Shown here piece by piece: positions 9,071 through 18,609 of a stretch of 64,000 nt of DNA. Both the position numbers and the translations under genes were made by a program. The notes under the pieces were generated by a model that was not told the DNA's origin, searched no databases, and was given only the letters and a program-made list of their open reading frames with translations. The DNA comes from Candidatus Sulfomarinibacteraceae bacterium. Lineage in GTDB: Bacteria; Acidobacteriota; Thermoanaerobaculia; Thermoanaerobaculales; Sulfomarinibacteraceae. Where the stretch lies: positions 480,001 through 544,000 of the forward strand of contig CAWCLO010000010.1 in the NCBI GenBank assembly GCA_963796455.1, read 5' to 3'. How positions within the stretch are numbered: the first letter of the stretch is position 1; every line of letters starts with the position of its first letter.

Positions 9071-10254
9071 GAATCACCGCCTTCATGTGCCAGCAGCCCG
9101 CCAACCAGTCGAATACTGCCCACCGCCAACACCGGGTCGGCGAGAAGATGCACGCAGGCCAGGGGATCGCCGGCGATCACCGCAGCGGGGAAGGCGGCCA
9201 GCAGCCGGTCGATCGGCATCGCCCGTTCGTCCTCGAGTTGACAGATCGCGACCTGATCGACCCGCGGTCGCAACAGGGCCGCCATCTCCTCCACCGGTTT
9301 GTCATCAAGGCAGGAGAAAACCAGGTTGTATCGTTTTCCGGTTTCGTCGAGGTGGCGCACCAAGGCTTCGGCAGCCTCGAGATTGTGCGCGCAATCCATC
9401 AGAATCTGACGACCCGCGATATCGTGGGTGCTGAGTCTCCCCGGCCACCGCAGGTATTGCATCGCCTGTGCCACCAAGGTTGGATCGAGATCCGGCATCC
9501 AGCCCTCAGCAACCACCTCGATCGAAAGGGCCACGGCGAGTTGTAGATTGTCTCGTTGAAAATCCCCCGCCAGGGGAATCTCCAGCTCGAGGGTCGCGCG
9601 ATCGAAGGCCAAACCGACAAGCCCGCCACCGAGATCCTCACAACTGATCAGAGAATCTGCGGCGACCGCGGCCGGGACATCGATGGCCTGCAGATCTCCG
9701 GCATCGACGCCGCGGCCCAGAACGGCCCGCCGGGCCGCCTGGAGAGCGCGGCCTTTGTCGTGGGCCCGATCCGCCCGATTGGCGCCCAGCCACTTCGAGT
9801 GATCGCTACCGATGTTGGTGAGGCCGGCTATCGCACTGTCGGCGAGCCGGGTCGCATCAAAGGACCCACCCATCCCGGCCTCCAGGACCGCGATCTCGAC
9901 ACCGGCATCGGCGAAGACTGAAAAAGCGGCCGCCGTCAGCATCTCGAAAAAGGTCAGATCCTCATGGCGGTCGAGCATCGAAAGCACTCGACCGAGCTCG
10001 GTTTCCGAAACCGCCACGCCGTCGACCCGGATCCGTTCTTCGACGCGCAGGAGGTGCGGCGATGTATAGAGCCCAGACAACACCCCGTGCGCCCGCAAAA
10101 TGGCATCCAACATGGCGGAGGTCGACCCCTTGCCGTTGCTGCCGACGATCAGGACCGAAGGGAATCGATGCTGCGGATTTCCGATTTCCTCCAAGACACA
10201 ACGGAGGCGATCGAGCTGGGGCCGAATCCGGCCGGCGGGCCGGCTGCGGAGCAT
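9067..10254 (-). CDS. folC: Folylpolyglutamate/dihydrofolate synthase
   Basis: GSNGKGST, YTSPHL, EAGMGG, WPGR, DCAHN. ATG 10254 overlaps the accD stop (alternative start 10275). Confidence 0.93.
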   Translation of the reverse strand: MLRSRPAGRIRPQLDRLRCVLEEIGNPQHRFPSVLIVGSNGKGSTSAMLDAILRAHGVLSGLYTSPHLLRVEERIRVDGVAVSETELGRVLSMLDRHEDLTFFEMLTAAAFSVFADAGVEIAVLEAGMGGSFDATRLADSAIAGLTNIGSDHSKWLGANRADRAHDKGRALQAARRAVLGRGVDAGDLQAIDVPAAVAADSLISCEDLGGGLVGLAFDRATLELEIPLAGDFQRDNLQLAVALSIEVVAEGWMPDLDPTLVAQAMQYLRWPGRLSTHDIAGRQILMDCAHNLEAAEALVRHLDETGKRYNLVFSCLDDKPVEEMAALLRPRVDQVAICQLEDERAMPIDRLLAAFPAAVIAGDPLACVHLLADPVLAVGSIRLVGGLLAHEGGDS

Positions 10255-11054
10255 CAGGTCAGGAGCGACAGGCATCTTCCGATGGTGGGCTTGAGCTCGG
10301 ATCGCGAAACCACCATGTCGAGCATCCCGTGCTCGAGAAGGAACTCGGAGCGCTGGAAACCCTCCGGGAGCGTTTGACGAATCGTCTGTTCAATGACCCG
10401 TGGGCCGGCAAATCCGATCAGGGCACCGGGTTCGGCGATGTTGAGATCACCGAGCATTGCGTAGCTCGCCGTCACTCCGCCCGTGGTCGGGTCGGTCAGG
10501 ACCGAAATGAAGGGAAGCCCCTTGGCGCGCATGCGAGCCAAACCCGCGGCGACCTTTCCGAGCTGCATCAGCGAGAGAATGCCTTCCTGCATTCGCGCAC
10601 CGCCCGAACACGAAATGATGATCAGCGGCAGTTTGCGAACCAGGCAGCGCTCGATCGCGCGAATCAGTTTTTCTCCCACCGCCGACCCCATCGATCCGCC
10701 CATGAAGCCATACTCCATTGCGGCAACCACTGTCGGGGTTTTCAAGATCTCGCCCTGCGCCACGACGACCGCATCGCTGCCGCCGAATTTTTTGTTATAG
10801 ACCTTCAGGCGGTCGGCATAGGGTTTGGAATCGACAAATGCCAGGGCGTCAGCCGACCGGATCCTGGTAAAAAATTTCTTGTACCGCCCGTTGTCGAAGA
10901 GCATTTTCAACCGCAGCTCAGCGGCTATCCTGAAGTGGTATCCGCAGCGCGGACACACGTGGTAGTTTCCTGAGACCTCTCGGTGATAGAGGATCTCCGA
11001 ACAACCGCTGCATTTGATCCACAGGCCCTTCGATGATTTTTTCTCACTGGCCAT
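10254..11054 (-). CDS. accD: Acetyl-CoA carboxylase carboxyltransferase beta subunit
   Basis: Zinc finger CSGC..CPRC, GGSMG, SGGARMQE, GFAGPRVIEQ. Confidence 0.97.
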   Translation of the reverse strand: MASEKKSSKGLWIKCSGCSEILYHREVSGNYHVCPRCGYHFRIAAELRLKMLFDNGRYKKFFTRIRSADALAFVDSKPYADRLKVYNKKFGGSDAVVVAQGEILKTPTVVAAMEYGFMGGSMGSAVGEKLIRAIERCLVRKLPLIIISCSGGARMQEGILSLMQLGKVAAGLARMRAKGLPFISVLTDPTTGGVTASYAMLGDLNIAEPGALIGFAGPRVIEQTIRQTLPEGFQRSEFLLEHGMLDMVVSRSELKPTIGRCLSLLT

Positions 11055-11196
11055 CGACCACTCCAACTCGTCCGGTCACAAACTACCCTCCGTGTGCGAT
11101 GTCCGGAAGAGGAGATTCATACGTCCGAATTGTTCCACCCTCCAGGGACTCAGAACCCCGGTCAAACCGGGGACTCGACTCGTGATTGTACCCGGA

Positions 11197-11424
11197 TCAG
11201 CTTCCAGAGTCTTCTCCCTCGAGGTCATTTGGAATACCAAGGCGCTGGCACGCGGCGTCGTACATCTGTCGCGCCGCCTTCTGGGCACTCTGGAGATCAG
11301 CGATTTTTTCCTTCACCTTGCCAAGCTCGACCTGGATCAAACCCTCGAGATCCTGAACTTCCTTTTTGGTCTGCTGAAGCGCGTCTTCGTAAAACTTCTT
11401 CTGAGCATCCGTCAGCCCGGCCAT
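11197..11424 (-). CDS. Small coiled-coil hypothetical protein (75 aa)
   Basis: GGGAGG RBS 11 bp after the kinase stop; MAGLTDAQKKFYEDALQQTKKEVQDLE... with a heptad pattern; hairpin at 11156-11172 downstream. Confidence 0.75.
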   Translation of the reverse strand: MAGLTDAQKKFYEDALQQTKKEVQDLEGLIQVELGKVKEKIADLQSAQKAARQMYDAACQRLGIPNDLEGEDSGS

Positions 11425-11435
11425 ATGTGCCCTCC

Positions 11436-14400
11436 CTACCTTGTGCCTTGGAACGGTACTCGGATCGCAACCCACACCCGTACTTTGACACCGTTCTTGG
11501 TCGCCGGCTTGTAGCGCCACTTCATGATCGCAGTCTCAGTCGCGTCTTCAAATCCGACGCCCTTGCGCGAAACACTGATTATACGCACCTCTTCGACCGC
11601 GCCGTCGATTCCGACCAGTGCCTTGGCCTCGACCACGCCCCCGACCTTCATTCTCGATGCAACGGCGGGGTATTCCGGTGCCTCCCGTTGCACGATGACC
11701 GGCGGGCTCACACCAGGACCGGCCGCGACGATGTCTCCCTCGCGTACCGAGGGTGTTGCGGTCGGTCGGATCGGCGTCATCGTTGGCGGCATCGGGGTCC
11801 GGGTCGGCGGCACCGGGGTGGAGGTGGGGGTCGGCTCGGGAGTCGCGGTCTCGGTGGGCGTCGGGGTCGGAGGTATGGGGGTCGGGGTCGGGAACTCCGC
11901 TTCGAGCCGTTGCCGAAGATCCTCTTCCTGGCGATCGATCTCCGCCGCCGCGACCTGTCGCGCCCGCTCCAACATTTCATCCTCTGACATCAGTCCGACT
12001 GTTGGCACCGGAGTCGGCGTTTCGGTCGCCGCAACCGCGGCCGGTTCAAGCAGTACGTTTTCCGGGGGCGCTGCCTTGCGCCCAGTCATGTACCACCATC
12101 CCGCGACCGCAAGCGCGGCGATCAGGACGACGGCCAGAACCAGCCACAATATCCTCTTTGGCCCGGAGCCGCCGCTGCCGGAGCTCAAGTGCCCAGGATC
12201 GGTGCTGTCGAAATCGATGGCGGCGACCCCCGCAGGAGTTTCGCCGCTGTCGGTCAGCGCGCGTTCGAGATCGGGATCGGCCGCCTCTTCCGGACTGAAA
12301 TCAGGCACCGGAGTTTCTTCTTTTGGCGGCGCTCCCGAAATCCGATCGGAGGGACCAGCGGTTGCGGCCCTGGCGGGCGGCAGCGGTGCTGCCGGTTTCG
12401 GGACAGGGCGCGACTCGACTTCCTCTTCGCCGGCAAGCAGCCGCAAGAATCGGGCAACCGTTTCGCGATCCGGCGACCAGCCCTTGCTGCGCAATACCCG
12501 CTCGAGATCTCTCTGCAGATCCTGAGCGGATTGATACCGCTGCTCGCGGTCTGCGTTCAAGGCAAGGAAAACGATCCGATCGATATCCGCGTCCACTTCC
12601 GGGTTCTTCATTGACGGTGCGGAGATGATCGGGTCGCGAACCTGCTCGAGGACGGAGAGCTCCGAGGTGCCCTCAAATACCTTTTCACAGACCAGCATTT
12701 CATAGAGGACCAGACCAAGGGAAAAGATGTCTGAGCGATGGTCGATGTCTTTGCCCCACGCCTGCTCGGGCGACATGTACTGGAGCTTGCCTTTGAGGGC
12801 TCCGGCCCGGGTCTGGGAAGCTTTGGATGCCGCTTTCGCGATTCCGAAGTCACAGAGTTTGACATTGCCATCGAATGAAATCAGAACATTTTGCGGCGAG
12901 ACGTCCCGATGAACCAGACCGAGGTCGCGATTCTCGAAATCCTGTTTTTTATGGGCGTAGTCAAGGGCCGATGCCAGAAGCGTCGTGACATAGAGCGCGA
13001 GCTCGATCGGCATGTTCAATTTTTTTTCGCTACTATCCCGCAGAATCGTCCGGAGATCTCGGCCCTCGATGAACTCCATCGCAATGTAGTGCGATCGGTC
13101 GACCTTGCCGAGATCGTAGATGTGAATGATGTTGTCGTGATTCAGCTGGGCGGCGAGCTTCGCCTCGTCGATGAACATGCGAACGAACTCTTCACTATCG
13201 GTGAGGTTGGAGAGAATTCGTTTGATGGCTACGGTCTTCTGGAATCCTTCCATCCCCATCATCCGCGCCTTGTAAACGTCCGCCATGCCTCCAGTGGCGA
13301 TGTGATCCTCGATCACGTATTGCCCGAACTGGCTTCCCATGGGCGCTGGGATCTCGGTCTCCGGAGTGAAGCTCTTGACCTGGGGCGGTGGCGATTCCGC
13401 TGCGATCTTCTTTTCTTCAGGAGGTGTCACCTCAGGGGCGACCCTCTTCGGTTTTGGCGGCGCAACTTCGGCCGGGCGGCCGACCTTTTTCGCGACCGGC
13501 GGCACCACCTCACGCACCGGTTTGACGGGTTCGACCGGCGGCGGATCGGGAGGCGGGGGGAGTTCGGCCGGCGGCGGTTGCTGAGCCGGAGGAGCGGCGA
13601 CCTTCTTGGCCGCGGGTGGGGCGGCCGGCTTCTCGGCTTTCGGCGACGGATGAATATCGAGACCGGCGAGGGTGTCCTCGAGCAGCTTGTCGACGTCCCG
13701 TTCGGGAGCTCTTTTCTTCGGTGCCGATGCCGCTTTCGAACTCTCCAGGATATTGGCAAGCACATCGTCCACCGCGGACTGTTTTGTTGCTCCATCGGTC
13801 TTTTTCGGTTTCGGCGGATGCACCGGCGTGGGTGTCCGGAGCGGCTTGTCCTCGGGCGACGCCGTTGCCGGAGCCGCCGGTTTCTCTTTTTCTTTTGCGG
13901 GAGCTGATGGCGCCTTCGAGAACCGTGGCGGGGTCTCGTGCTCGAAAGGTTCGTCTACAGGCTTCGAAACAGGTGCTTCCTCACCACCTTCGACATCGGA
14001 GAGAATATCGCCGAACAGGTCATCCGAGGTGACCGAGCCGCCCTCGCCATCGAGACCCGCACTACGCCGCAATGCTTCGAGCATTTCCTGCGGGATGGCC
14101 TGGGTGGCGGCCGGACTCGGTGCGTTCAGAACCAGCTTCTCGACCGTTTCGCGCAGGGCGTCGGCGCCAAAGGGACGCGGCAGGATGTCCTGTGCGCCAT
14201 AACGCTCGGCATCGCCCGCCGGATCGTCGCCGGTGTAACCGGACATGAGGATCAAAAACGGTGTCTGGCGCAAACCGGCGCGGGCGCGCAGTTGGGTGAT
14301 GGCATCTTCGATCTTGAGGTTCGGCAGAACTGAGGTGATGATCGTGATCGTCGGTTCGAAGGTGGCACAACGATTGACTGCATCGTCGAGGTTCCCAGCG

Positions 14401-14492
14401 ATTTCGAGCCGGAAACCGGCGTCAGCCAGCGCCGTACGCACGTGTTCCACGTATCGCGGCTCGTATTCGACCACCAGGATATTCGCGCTCAT
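11436..14492 (-). CDS. Multidomain protein: atypical receiver, Pro-rich linker, Hanks Ser/Thr kinase, TM, TonB C-terminal domain
   Basis: N-terminal REC fold; kinase motifs GGMADVY, VAIK, HRDVSPQN, DFG, YMSPEQ; TM ILWLVLAVVLIAALAVAGWWY; TonB_C PEYP..GVV..VGIDGAV..WRYKPA. Confidence 0.92.
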   Translation of the reverse strand: MSANILVVEYEPRYVEHVRTALADAGFRLEIAGNLDDAVNRCATFEPTITIITSVLPNLKIEDAITQLRARAGLRQTPFLILMSGYTGDDPAGDAERYGAQDILPRPFGADALRETVEKLVLNAPSPAATQAIPQEMLEALRRSAGLDGEGGSVTSDDLFGDILSDVEGGEEAPVSKPVDEPFEHETPPRFSKAPSAPAKEKEKPAAPATASPEDKPLRTPTPVHPPKPKKTDGATKQSAVDDVLANILESSKAASAPKKRAPERDVDKLLEDTLAGLDIHPSPKAEKPAAPPAAKKVAAPPAQQPPPAELPPPPDPPPVEPVKPVREVVPPVAKKVGRPAEVAPPKPKRVAPEVTPPEEKKIAAESPPPQVKSFTPETEIPAPMGSQFGQYVIEDHIATGGMADVYKARMMGMEGFQKTVAIKRILSNLTDSEEFVRMFIDEAKLAAQLNHDNIIHIYDLGKVDRSHYIAMEFIEGRDLRTILRDSSEKKLNMPIELALYVTTLLASALDYAHKKQDFENRDLGLVHRDVSPQNVLISFDGNVKLCDFGIAKAASKASQTRAGALKGKLQYMSPEQAWGKDIDHRSDIFSLGLVLYEMLVCEKVFEGTSELSVLEQVRDPIISAPSMKNPEVDADIDRIVFLALNADREQRYQSAQDLQRDLERVLRSKGWSPDRETVARFLRLLAGEEEVESRPVPKPAAPLPPARAATAGPSDRISGAPPKEETPVPDFSPEEAADPDLERALTDSGETPAGVAAIDFDSTDPGHLSSGSGGSGPKRILWLVLAVVLIAALAVAGWWYMTGRKAAPPENVLLEPAAVAATETPTPVPTVGLMSEDEMLERARQVAAAEIDRQEEDLRQRLEAEFPTPTPIPPTPTPTETATPEPTPTSTPVPPTRTPMPPTMTPIRPTATPSVREGDIVAAGPGVSPPVIVQREAPEYPAVASRMKVGGVVEAKALVGIDGAVEEVRIISVSRKGVGFEDATETAIMKWRYKPATKNGVKVRVWVAIRVPFQGTR

Positions 14493-14841
14493 GAAACCGC
14501 CCTCGGTTGCTTTATTGGCTCAATGGCTCGACCTCAGTCAATTATGTGCGACGGGTGTTCAAAGTCAACCAAAGCGCCTTTGATTTCACCACCCAGGTTA
14601 TCCCTTCCGCCTCGGAGATCGGTATACTGCCGCCGCGTCCCCGTTGGCGGTCCGTCGTGATCTGGGAGGAATGCGAGAATTCCGCCGGAATTCGTGGCGA
14701 AGGTCGTGGGGCGTCGGCAAGCTCGGAGACGACGCACCTCATCGCCCGACGGCGACCGGAGGTCGGCCGTTTCGCGGCGGCGGAGAACCGCGGTGACGGC
14801 CTGCGCGGGCAGAACCGGGGCATCGGGCAAGGGGAGACATC

Positions 14842-15591
14842 ATGTCGGGCCACAATAAATGGAGCACGATCAAACACAAGAAGGGGCGCGCGGACGCCAA
14901 ACGCGGCAAGATCTTCACCAAGCTCATTCGCGAGATCACAGTCGGCGCGCGCGAGGGCGGCGGAGATCCGGAAGGAAACCCGCGGCTTCGGGCGGCGGTG
15001 GCCGCTGCCAAGGCCGCCAACATGCCGGCTGACAATATCAAAAGAGCCATTCAGCGCGGCACCGGCGAACTCCCCGGAGTGACCTATGAGGAGGTCAGTT
15101 TCGAAGGTTATGGGCCGGGCGGCGTGGCGGTCATGCTGGAGCTGTTGACCGACAACCGGAATCGAACCACTCCCGAGATTCGGCATCTTTTTTCGCGTTT
15201 TGGCGGCAACCTCGGTGAGAACGGGTGCGTGGCGTGGCTCTTTACCAAAAAGGGGCTGATTCTGGTCCCCCGTTCGTCCGACGCCGACGAGGACGTGGTG
15301 CTCGAACTCGCTCTCGAGGCCGGCGCCGAGGATTTGAACACCGAGGATGAAGACTATTTCCGAATCACGACCTCGCCCGATGAGCTCCACCAGGTCAAGG
15401 AAGGGCTCGAGTCGGGTGGGCTGACCGTGGAGGCGGCGCAAATGGAAATGGAACCATCGAGCACGACCCGGCTCGAAGGCAAGAAGGCGCAACAAATGAT
15501 CCGTCTGATGGATGCATTCGATGATCACGATGATGTCCAGAATGTATGGGCGAATTTCGACATCGATGACGATCTGCTCAACGCGGACTGA
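14842..15591 (+). CDS. yebC: YebC/PmpR family protein
   Basis: [21 protein letters not shown]; usual position before ruvC. Confidence 0.97.
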   Translation: MSGHNKWSTIKHKKGRADAKRGKIFTKLIREITVGAREGGGDPEGNPRLRAAVAAAKAANMPADNIKRAIQRGTGELPGVTYEEVSFEGYGPGGVAVMLELLTDNRNRTTPEIRHLFSRFGGNLGENGCVAWLFTKKGLILVPRSSDADEDVVLELALEAGAEDLNTEDEDYFRITTSPDELHQVKEGLESGGLTVEAAQMEMEPSSTTRLEGKKAQQMIRLMDAFDDHDDVQNVWANFDIDDDLLNAD

Positions 15592-15606
15592 AAAAGTCTT
15601 CCGGTC

Positions 15607-16095
15607 ATGACGACCCGTATCCTCGGCATCGACCCGGGGTCTCGCGCGACCGGTTGGGCCCTGGTGATTCGCGACGGCAATCGTTACCGACTCGAATCTT
15701 CTGGAGTGATCCGACCGAGCGCCAAAAAGGGTCGCAGTTTTCTGCTCGCCGACCTCCATCACAAGCTGTCCGTGCTATTGGAAGAGCTCGCTCCGGACTG
15801 TGCCGCGGTGGAATCATCCTTTTCGGGGCGCAACCCGAAAACCGGGATCGCCCTGGCCGAGAGCCGGGGAGCGATTCTGGCCGGCCTGGGCCATCGGGAC
15901 ATCGAGGTCCACTCCTACTCTCCCGCCCAGGTCAAATCCGCCGTTGTCGGTCATGGAAGGGCCGAAAAACAACAGATCATCTATATGGTGGTCAGGCTTT
16001 TGAGCCTGTCGGAATCGCCGCCATCGGATGCCGCCGACGCGATGGCTGTGGCGATCACTCACCTCCACCTCTGCGGGCCGCAAAAACCTCGTTGA
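15607..16095 (+). CDS. ruvC: Holliday junction resolvase
   Basis: ILGIDPG, AVE, VKSAVVGHGRAEK, DAADAMA. Confidence 0.96.
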   Translation: MTTRILGIDPGSRATGWALVIRDGNRYRLESSGVIRPSAKKGRSFLLADLHHKLSVLLEELAPDCAAVESSFSGRNPKTGIALAESRGAILAGLGHRDIEVHSYSPAQVKSAVVGHGRAEKQQIIYMVVRLLSLSESPPSDAADAMAVAITHLHLCGPQKPR

Positions 16096-16120
16096 CGACC
16101 CAAATGCCACATGCTACGAT
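16092..16120 (+). promoter_or_regulatory. Sigma70-type promoter of the exbB operon
   Basis: TTGACG (16092-16097), 17-bp spacer, TGn-TACGAT (16115-16120). Confidence 0.65.
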
Positions 16121-16274
16121 GCCCTGCCTTCATTCCCGACTGAGGTAATGTAAGGGTCGATTGGTCGGCGGGGGTCGAATTCCTCAGCCAGCCATGCGAT
16201 AAACGACAAAGGAAAACCGGATGGGTGTGGAACTCACCCCCGCCAGAGGACTCTAAATACGAGGAGGCAATGCC

Positions 16275-16934
16275 GTGACTGGACAAGTAGCAGATTATTT
16301 TCGCCAGGGTGGGATGTTCATGTGGCCGCTACTCTTTTTCTCGGTGCTGGCTGCCACCGTGGCCATCGAAAGATTTATCGTTTTTTCAAAAGCGAAGATC
16401 AACGTCGGTGATTTTCTGACCAAGATCCGCAAGGCGTTGCTTGTCAATCGCAACGTCAAGGAAGCGATCAAGGTCTGCGAGCAGAACAAGAGCCCCGTCG
16501 CCTCGGTGATGAAGGCCGGACTTCTGCGCTACGGTCACTCCCGCGAGGACATCGAGAAGACCATCGAAAACGCCGCTCTTTATGAGTTGGATCGCCTCGA
16601 GAAACGCCTCGGCGTTCTCGCGACGACCGCCAACGTCGCACCGATGCTCGGGTTCCTCGGTACGGTTGCCGGAATGATCAAATCATTCGCAACCCTCGCC
16701 GAGCAGGGTCTCACCAATCCCGCCGCGGTTGCGGTTGGTATTTCCGAGGCGCTGATTACAACCGCTGCCGGTCTTATCATCGCGATTCCCGCACAGCTGA
16801 TCTACAACTGGTATTCCACCAAGATCACCCGCTTCGTGCGCGACATCGAGACTGCCTCCAACATGCTGGTCGAAACCTTCACTGAGATGGACAGCCAGCG
16901 TTACGGTCAGGGAGGCGAAGGCCAACAGGCTTAG
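16275..16934 (+). CDS. MotA/TolQ/ExbB proton channel protein
   Basis: APMLGFLGTVAGMIKSF, GISEALITTAAGL; GAGGAGG RBS. Confidence 0.95.
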   Translation: MTGQVADYFRQGGMFMWPLLFFSVLAATVAIERFIVFSKAKINVGDFLTKIRKALLVNRNVKEAIKVCEQNKSPVASVMKAGLLRYGHSREDIEKTIENAALYELDRLEKRLGVLATTANVAPMLGFLGTVAGMIKSFATLAEQGLTNPAAVAVGISEALITTAAGLIIAIPAQLIYNWYSTKITRFVRDIETASNMLVETFTEMDSQRYGQGGEGQQA

Positions 16935-16948
16935 AAGGGAGTCCGCAA

Positions 16949-17395
16949 ATGGCGATCTTCCGCGATAGAGACCGCAAAGGCGGGGCGGCGATCTTCACGG
17001 CCTCAATGGCGGACATCGTGTTCCTGCTCATTGTGTTCTTCGTGCTGACCTACAAGGTCGAGGTCGACAAGACCAAGATGGATCTCCCGGACACCTGGAT
17101 TCGGGTCAAGGTGCCCGAAAAGGCGGCCGTGATCTCGATCTCGCCGCCCGACGCCAACCCACCGTTGACCATTCGTGTGTCAACCGGTGAGGAGATGTCC
17201 CTGCCGGTCAGCACCGACGAGGAGATTGTGACCTTCGCTTCCACCGAGGTGGCGCGGAACCCGAACAAGGAATTCATCGTCAAGGCGGACGATCAGGTTC
17301 CTTATGAACGGGTTGACGCCGTGCTCGACGCTCTGAAGCAATCGAAGGTCAAGTACATCTTTCTATTGTCCGAACAGATGACCCGAGACGAGTAA
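16949..17395 (+). CDS. ExbD/TolR family protein 1
   Basis: MADIVFLLIVFF (conserved Asp), IVKAD..V.YE.V..VLD. Confidence 0.93.
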   Translation: MAIFRDRDRKGGAAIFTASMADIVFLLIVFFVLTYKVEVDKTKMDLPDTWIRVKVPEKAAVISISPPDANPPLTIRVSTGEEMSLPVSTDEEIVTFASTEVARNPNKEFIVKADDQVPYERVDAVLDALKQSKVKYIFLLSEQMTRDE

Positions 17396-17406
17396 CGGGA
17401 GCCACT

Positions 17407-17856
17407 ATGAAGATCAAAAAGAAAGACATCCAGAGCGAGATCTTCACCGGCTCGATGGCGGATATCTCATTTCTGCTCATTATCTACTTCATGATCACCT
17501 CGGCGTTCTCGGCCACGCGAGGGCTCGATTTCTCTCTTCCCGAGGACACCCAGACGCCGGAGATCAAACAAGAGGACTCGATCGACGTCCACGTTCTCGC
17601 CGGAGGTGCGATCGAAGTTGATGGCAACGGGGTGGCTCTTGAGGGGCTGCTGCCGTATGTCGCTGCCAAACTCAAACAGAACGACGAGAAACCGGTCATC
17701 CTGCGCACCGATCCAGAGGCAACCTATGGCGATATGATTCGGGTCTTTGACGAGCTTCGTCAGGCGCCCGACAAGATTGATATGGAAATCAAGACGATTT
17801 CGATACCGACCCGACGAGAGATTGAAAATCTGTGGTCAATGCTCGGAATACAGTGA
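17407..17856 (+). CDS. ExbD/TolR family protein 2
   Basis: MADISFLLIIYF (conserved Asp), VILRTD..ATYG. Confidence 0.93.
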   Translation: MKIKKKDIQSEIFTGSMADISFLLIIYFMITSAFSATRGLDFSLPEDTQTPEIKQEDSIDVHVLAGGAIEVDGNGVALEGLLPYVAAKLKQNDEKPVILRTDPEATYGDMIRVFDELRQAPDKIDMEIKTISIPTRREIENLWSMLGIQ

Positions 17857-17867
17857 AGGGGGGAGCT

Positions 17868-18599
17868 ATGAGCGATTCTCCGAAAACCCCAGACAAGAAA
17901 ACGGATCCGAAGAAGGATCAGATTCCGATGACCACCGCCGAGATGCTGGCTGCGGAGGCCGGCCAGGACACCAAGGTGACCCGGTGGGCGATGGGAATCG
18001 CGGTCATCTTCCACATCGTGATCTTTGCCATGCAATGGCCGTCCTTTGCCGGTGGCCTGTCTGACGCCAAAGAAAAGAAAACCAAGATCTATGTCGTCAA
18101 GCAGGTGAAGTTCAAACAGCCGCCGCCACCGCAGCAGCAGCAGATCGTCAAACCGAAGACGCAGAAGGTCCCGATCCCCGATCCGACGCCCGATGAGCCC
18201 GAGCCGATCCGTGACGAGGAACCGGATGAGGACATCGACTTCGTGCCGGATGAGAATCTGGTCCTGGGCGTTCCTGATGCTCCGCCGCCGCCCGAACCTG
18301 AAGGGCCGGTGCGTTTCGTCATCGGCGGTAACATCACCGAACCCGTCAAGGTCAGCGGCCCGAATCCGGTCTATCCCGAAGCCGCACGTCGAGCCCGTAT
18401 CCAGGGTGTCGTCGTGCTCGAGTGCACGATCGGCAAGGATGGGCGGGTCCAGAACGTCAAGGTCCTGCGCGGTCTACCTCTCGGTCTGACTGAAACGGCA
18501 GTCGACGCGGTCAACAAGTGGCAGTTCCAACCGTCAACTCTGAACGGGAAACCGGTGGAGGTCCTTTATATTCTGACCGTGCGGTTCAACCTGCAGTAG
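17868..18599 (+). CDS. tonB: Energy transducer TonB
   Basis: TM with His (IAVIFHIVIF), Pro-rich linker, YPEAARRARIQGVV..GKDGRV..WQFQP. Confidence 0.92.
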   Translation: MSDSPKTPDKKTDPKKDQIPMTTAEMLAAEAGQDTKVTRWAMGIAVIFHIVIFAMQWPSFAGGLSDAKEKKTKIYVVKQVKFKQPPPPQQQQIVKPKTQKVPIPDPTPDEPEPIRDEEPDEDIDFVPDENLVLGVPDAPPPPEPEGPVRFVIGGNITEPVKVSGPNPVYPEAARRARIQGVVVLECTIGKDGRVQNVKVLRGLPLGLTETAVDAVNKWQFQPSTLNGKPVEVLYILTVRFNLQ

Positions 18600-18609
18600 T
18601 TACGCCGCT

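Noticed and set aside
14542..15762. 406-aa minus-strand ORF and similar long antisense ORFs (33458, 43802, 50219, 53137, 62719)
   Set aside because: They overlap well-supported genes on the opposite strand, which is expected in high-GC DNA.
16121..16274. Riboswitch (cobalamin or c-di-GMP) in the exbB leader
   Set aside because: Some hairpins are present, but I could not match the conserved core motifs of either class.
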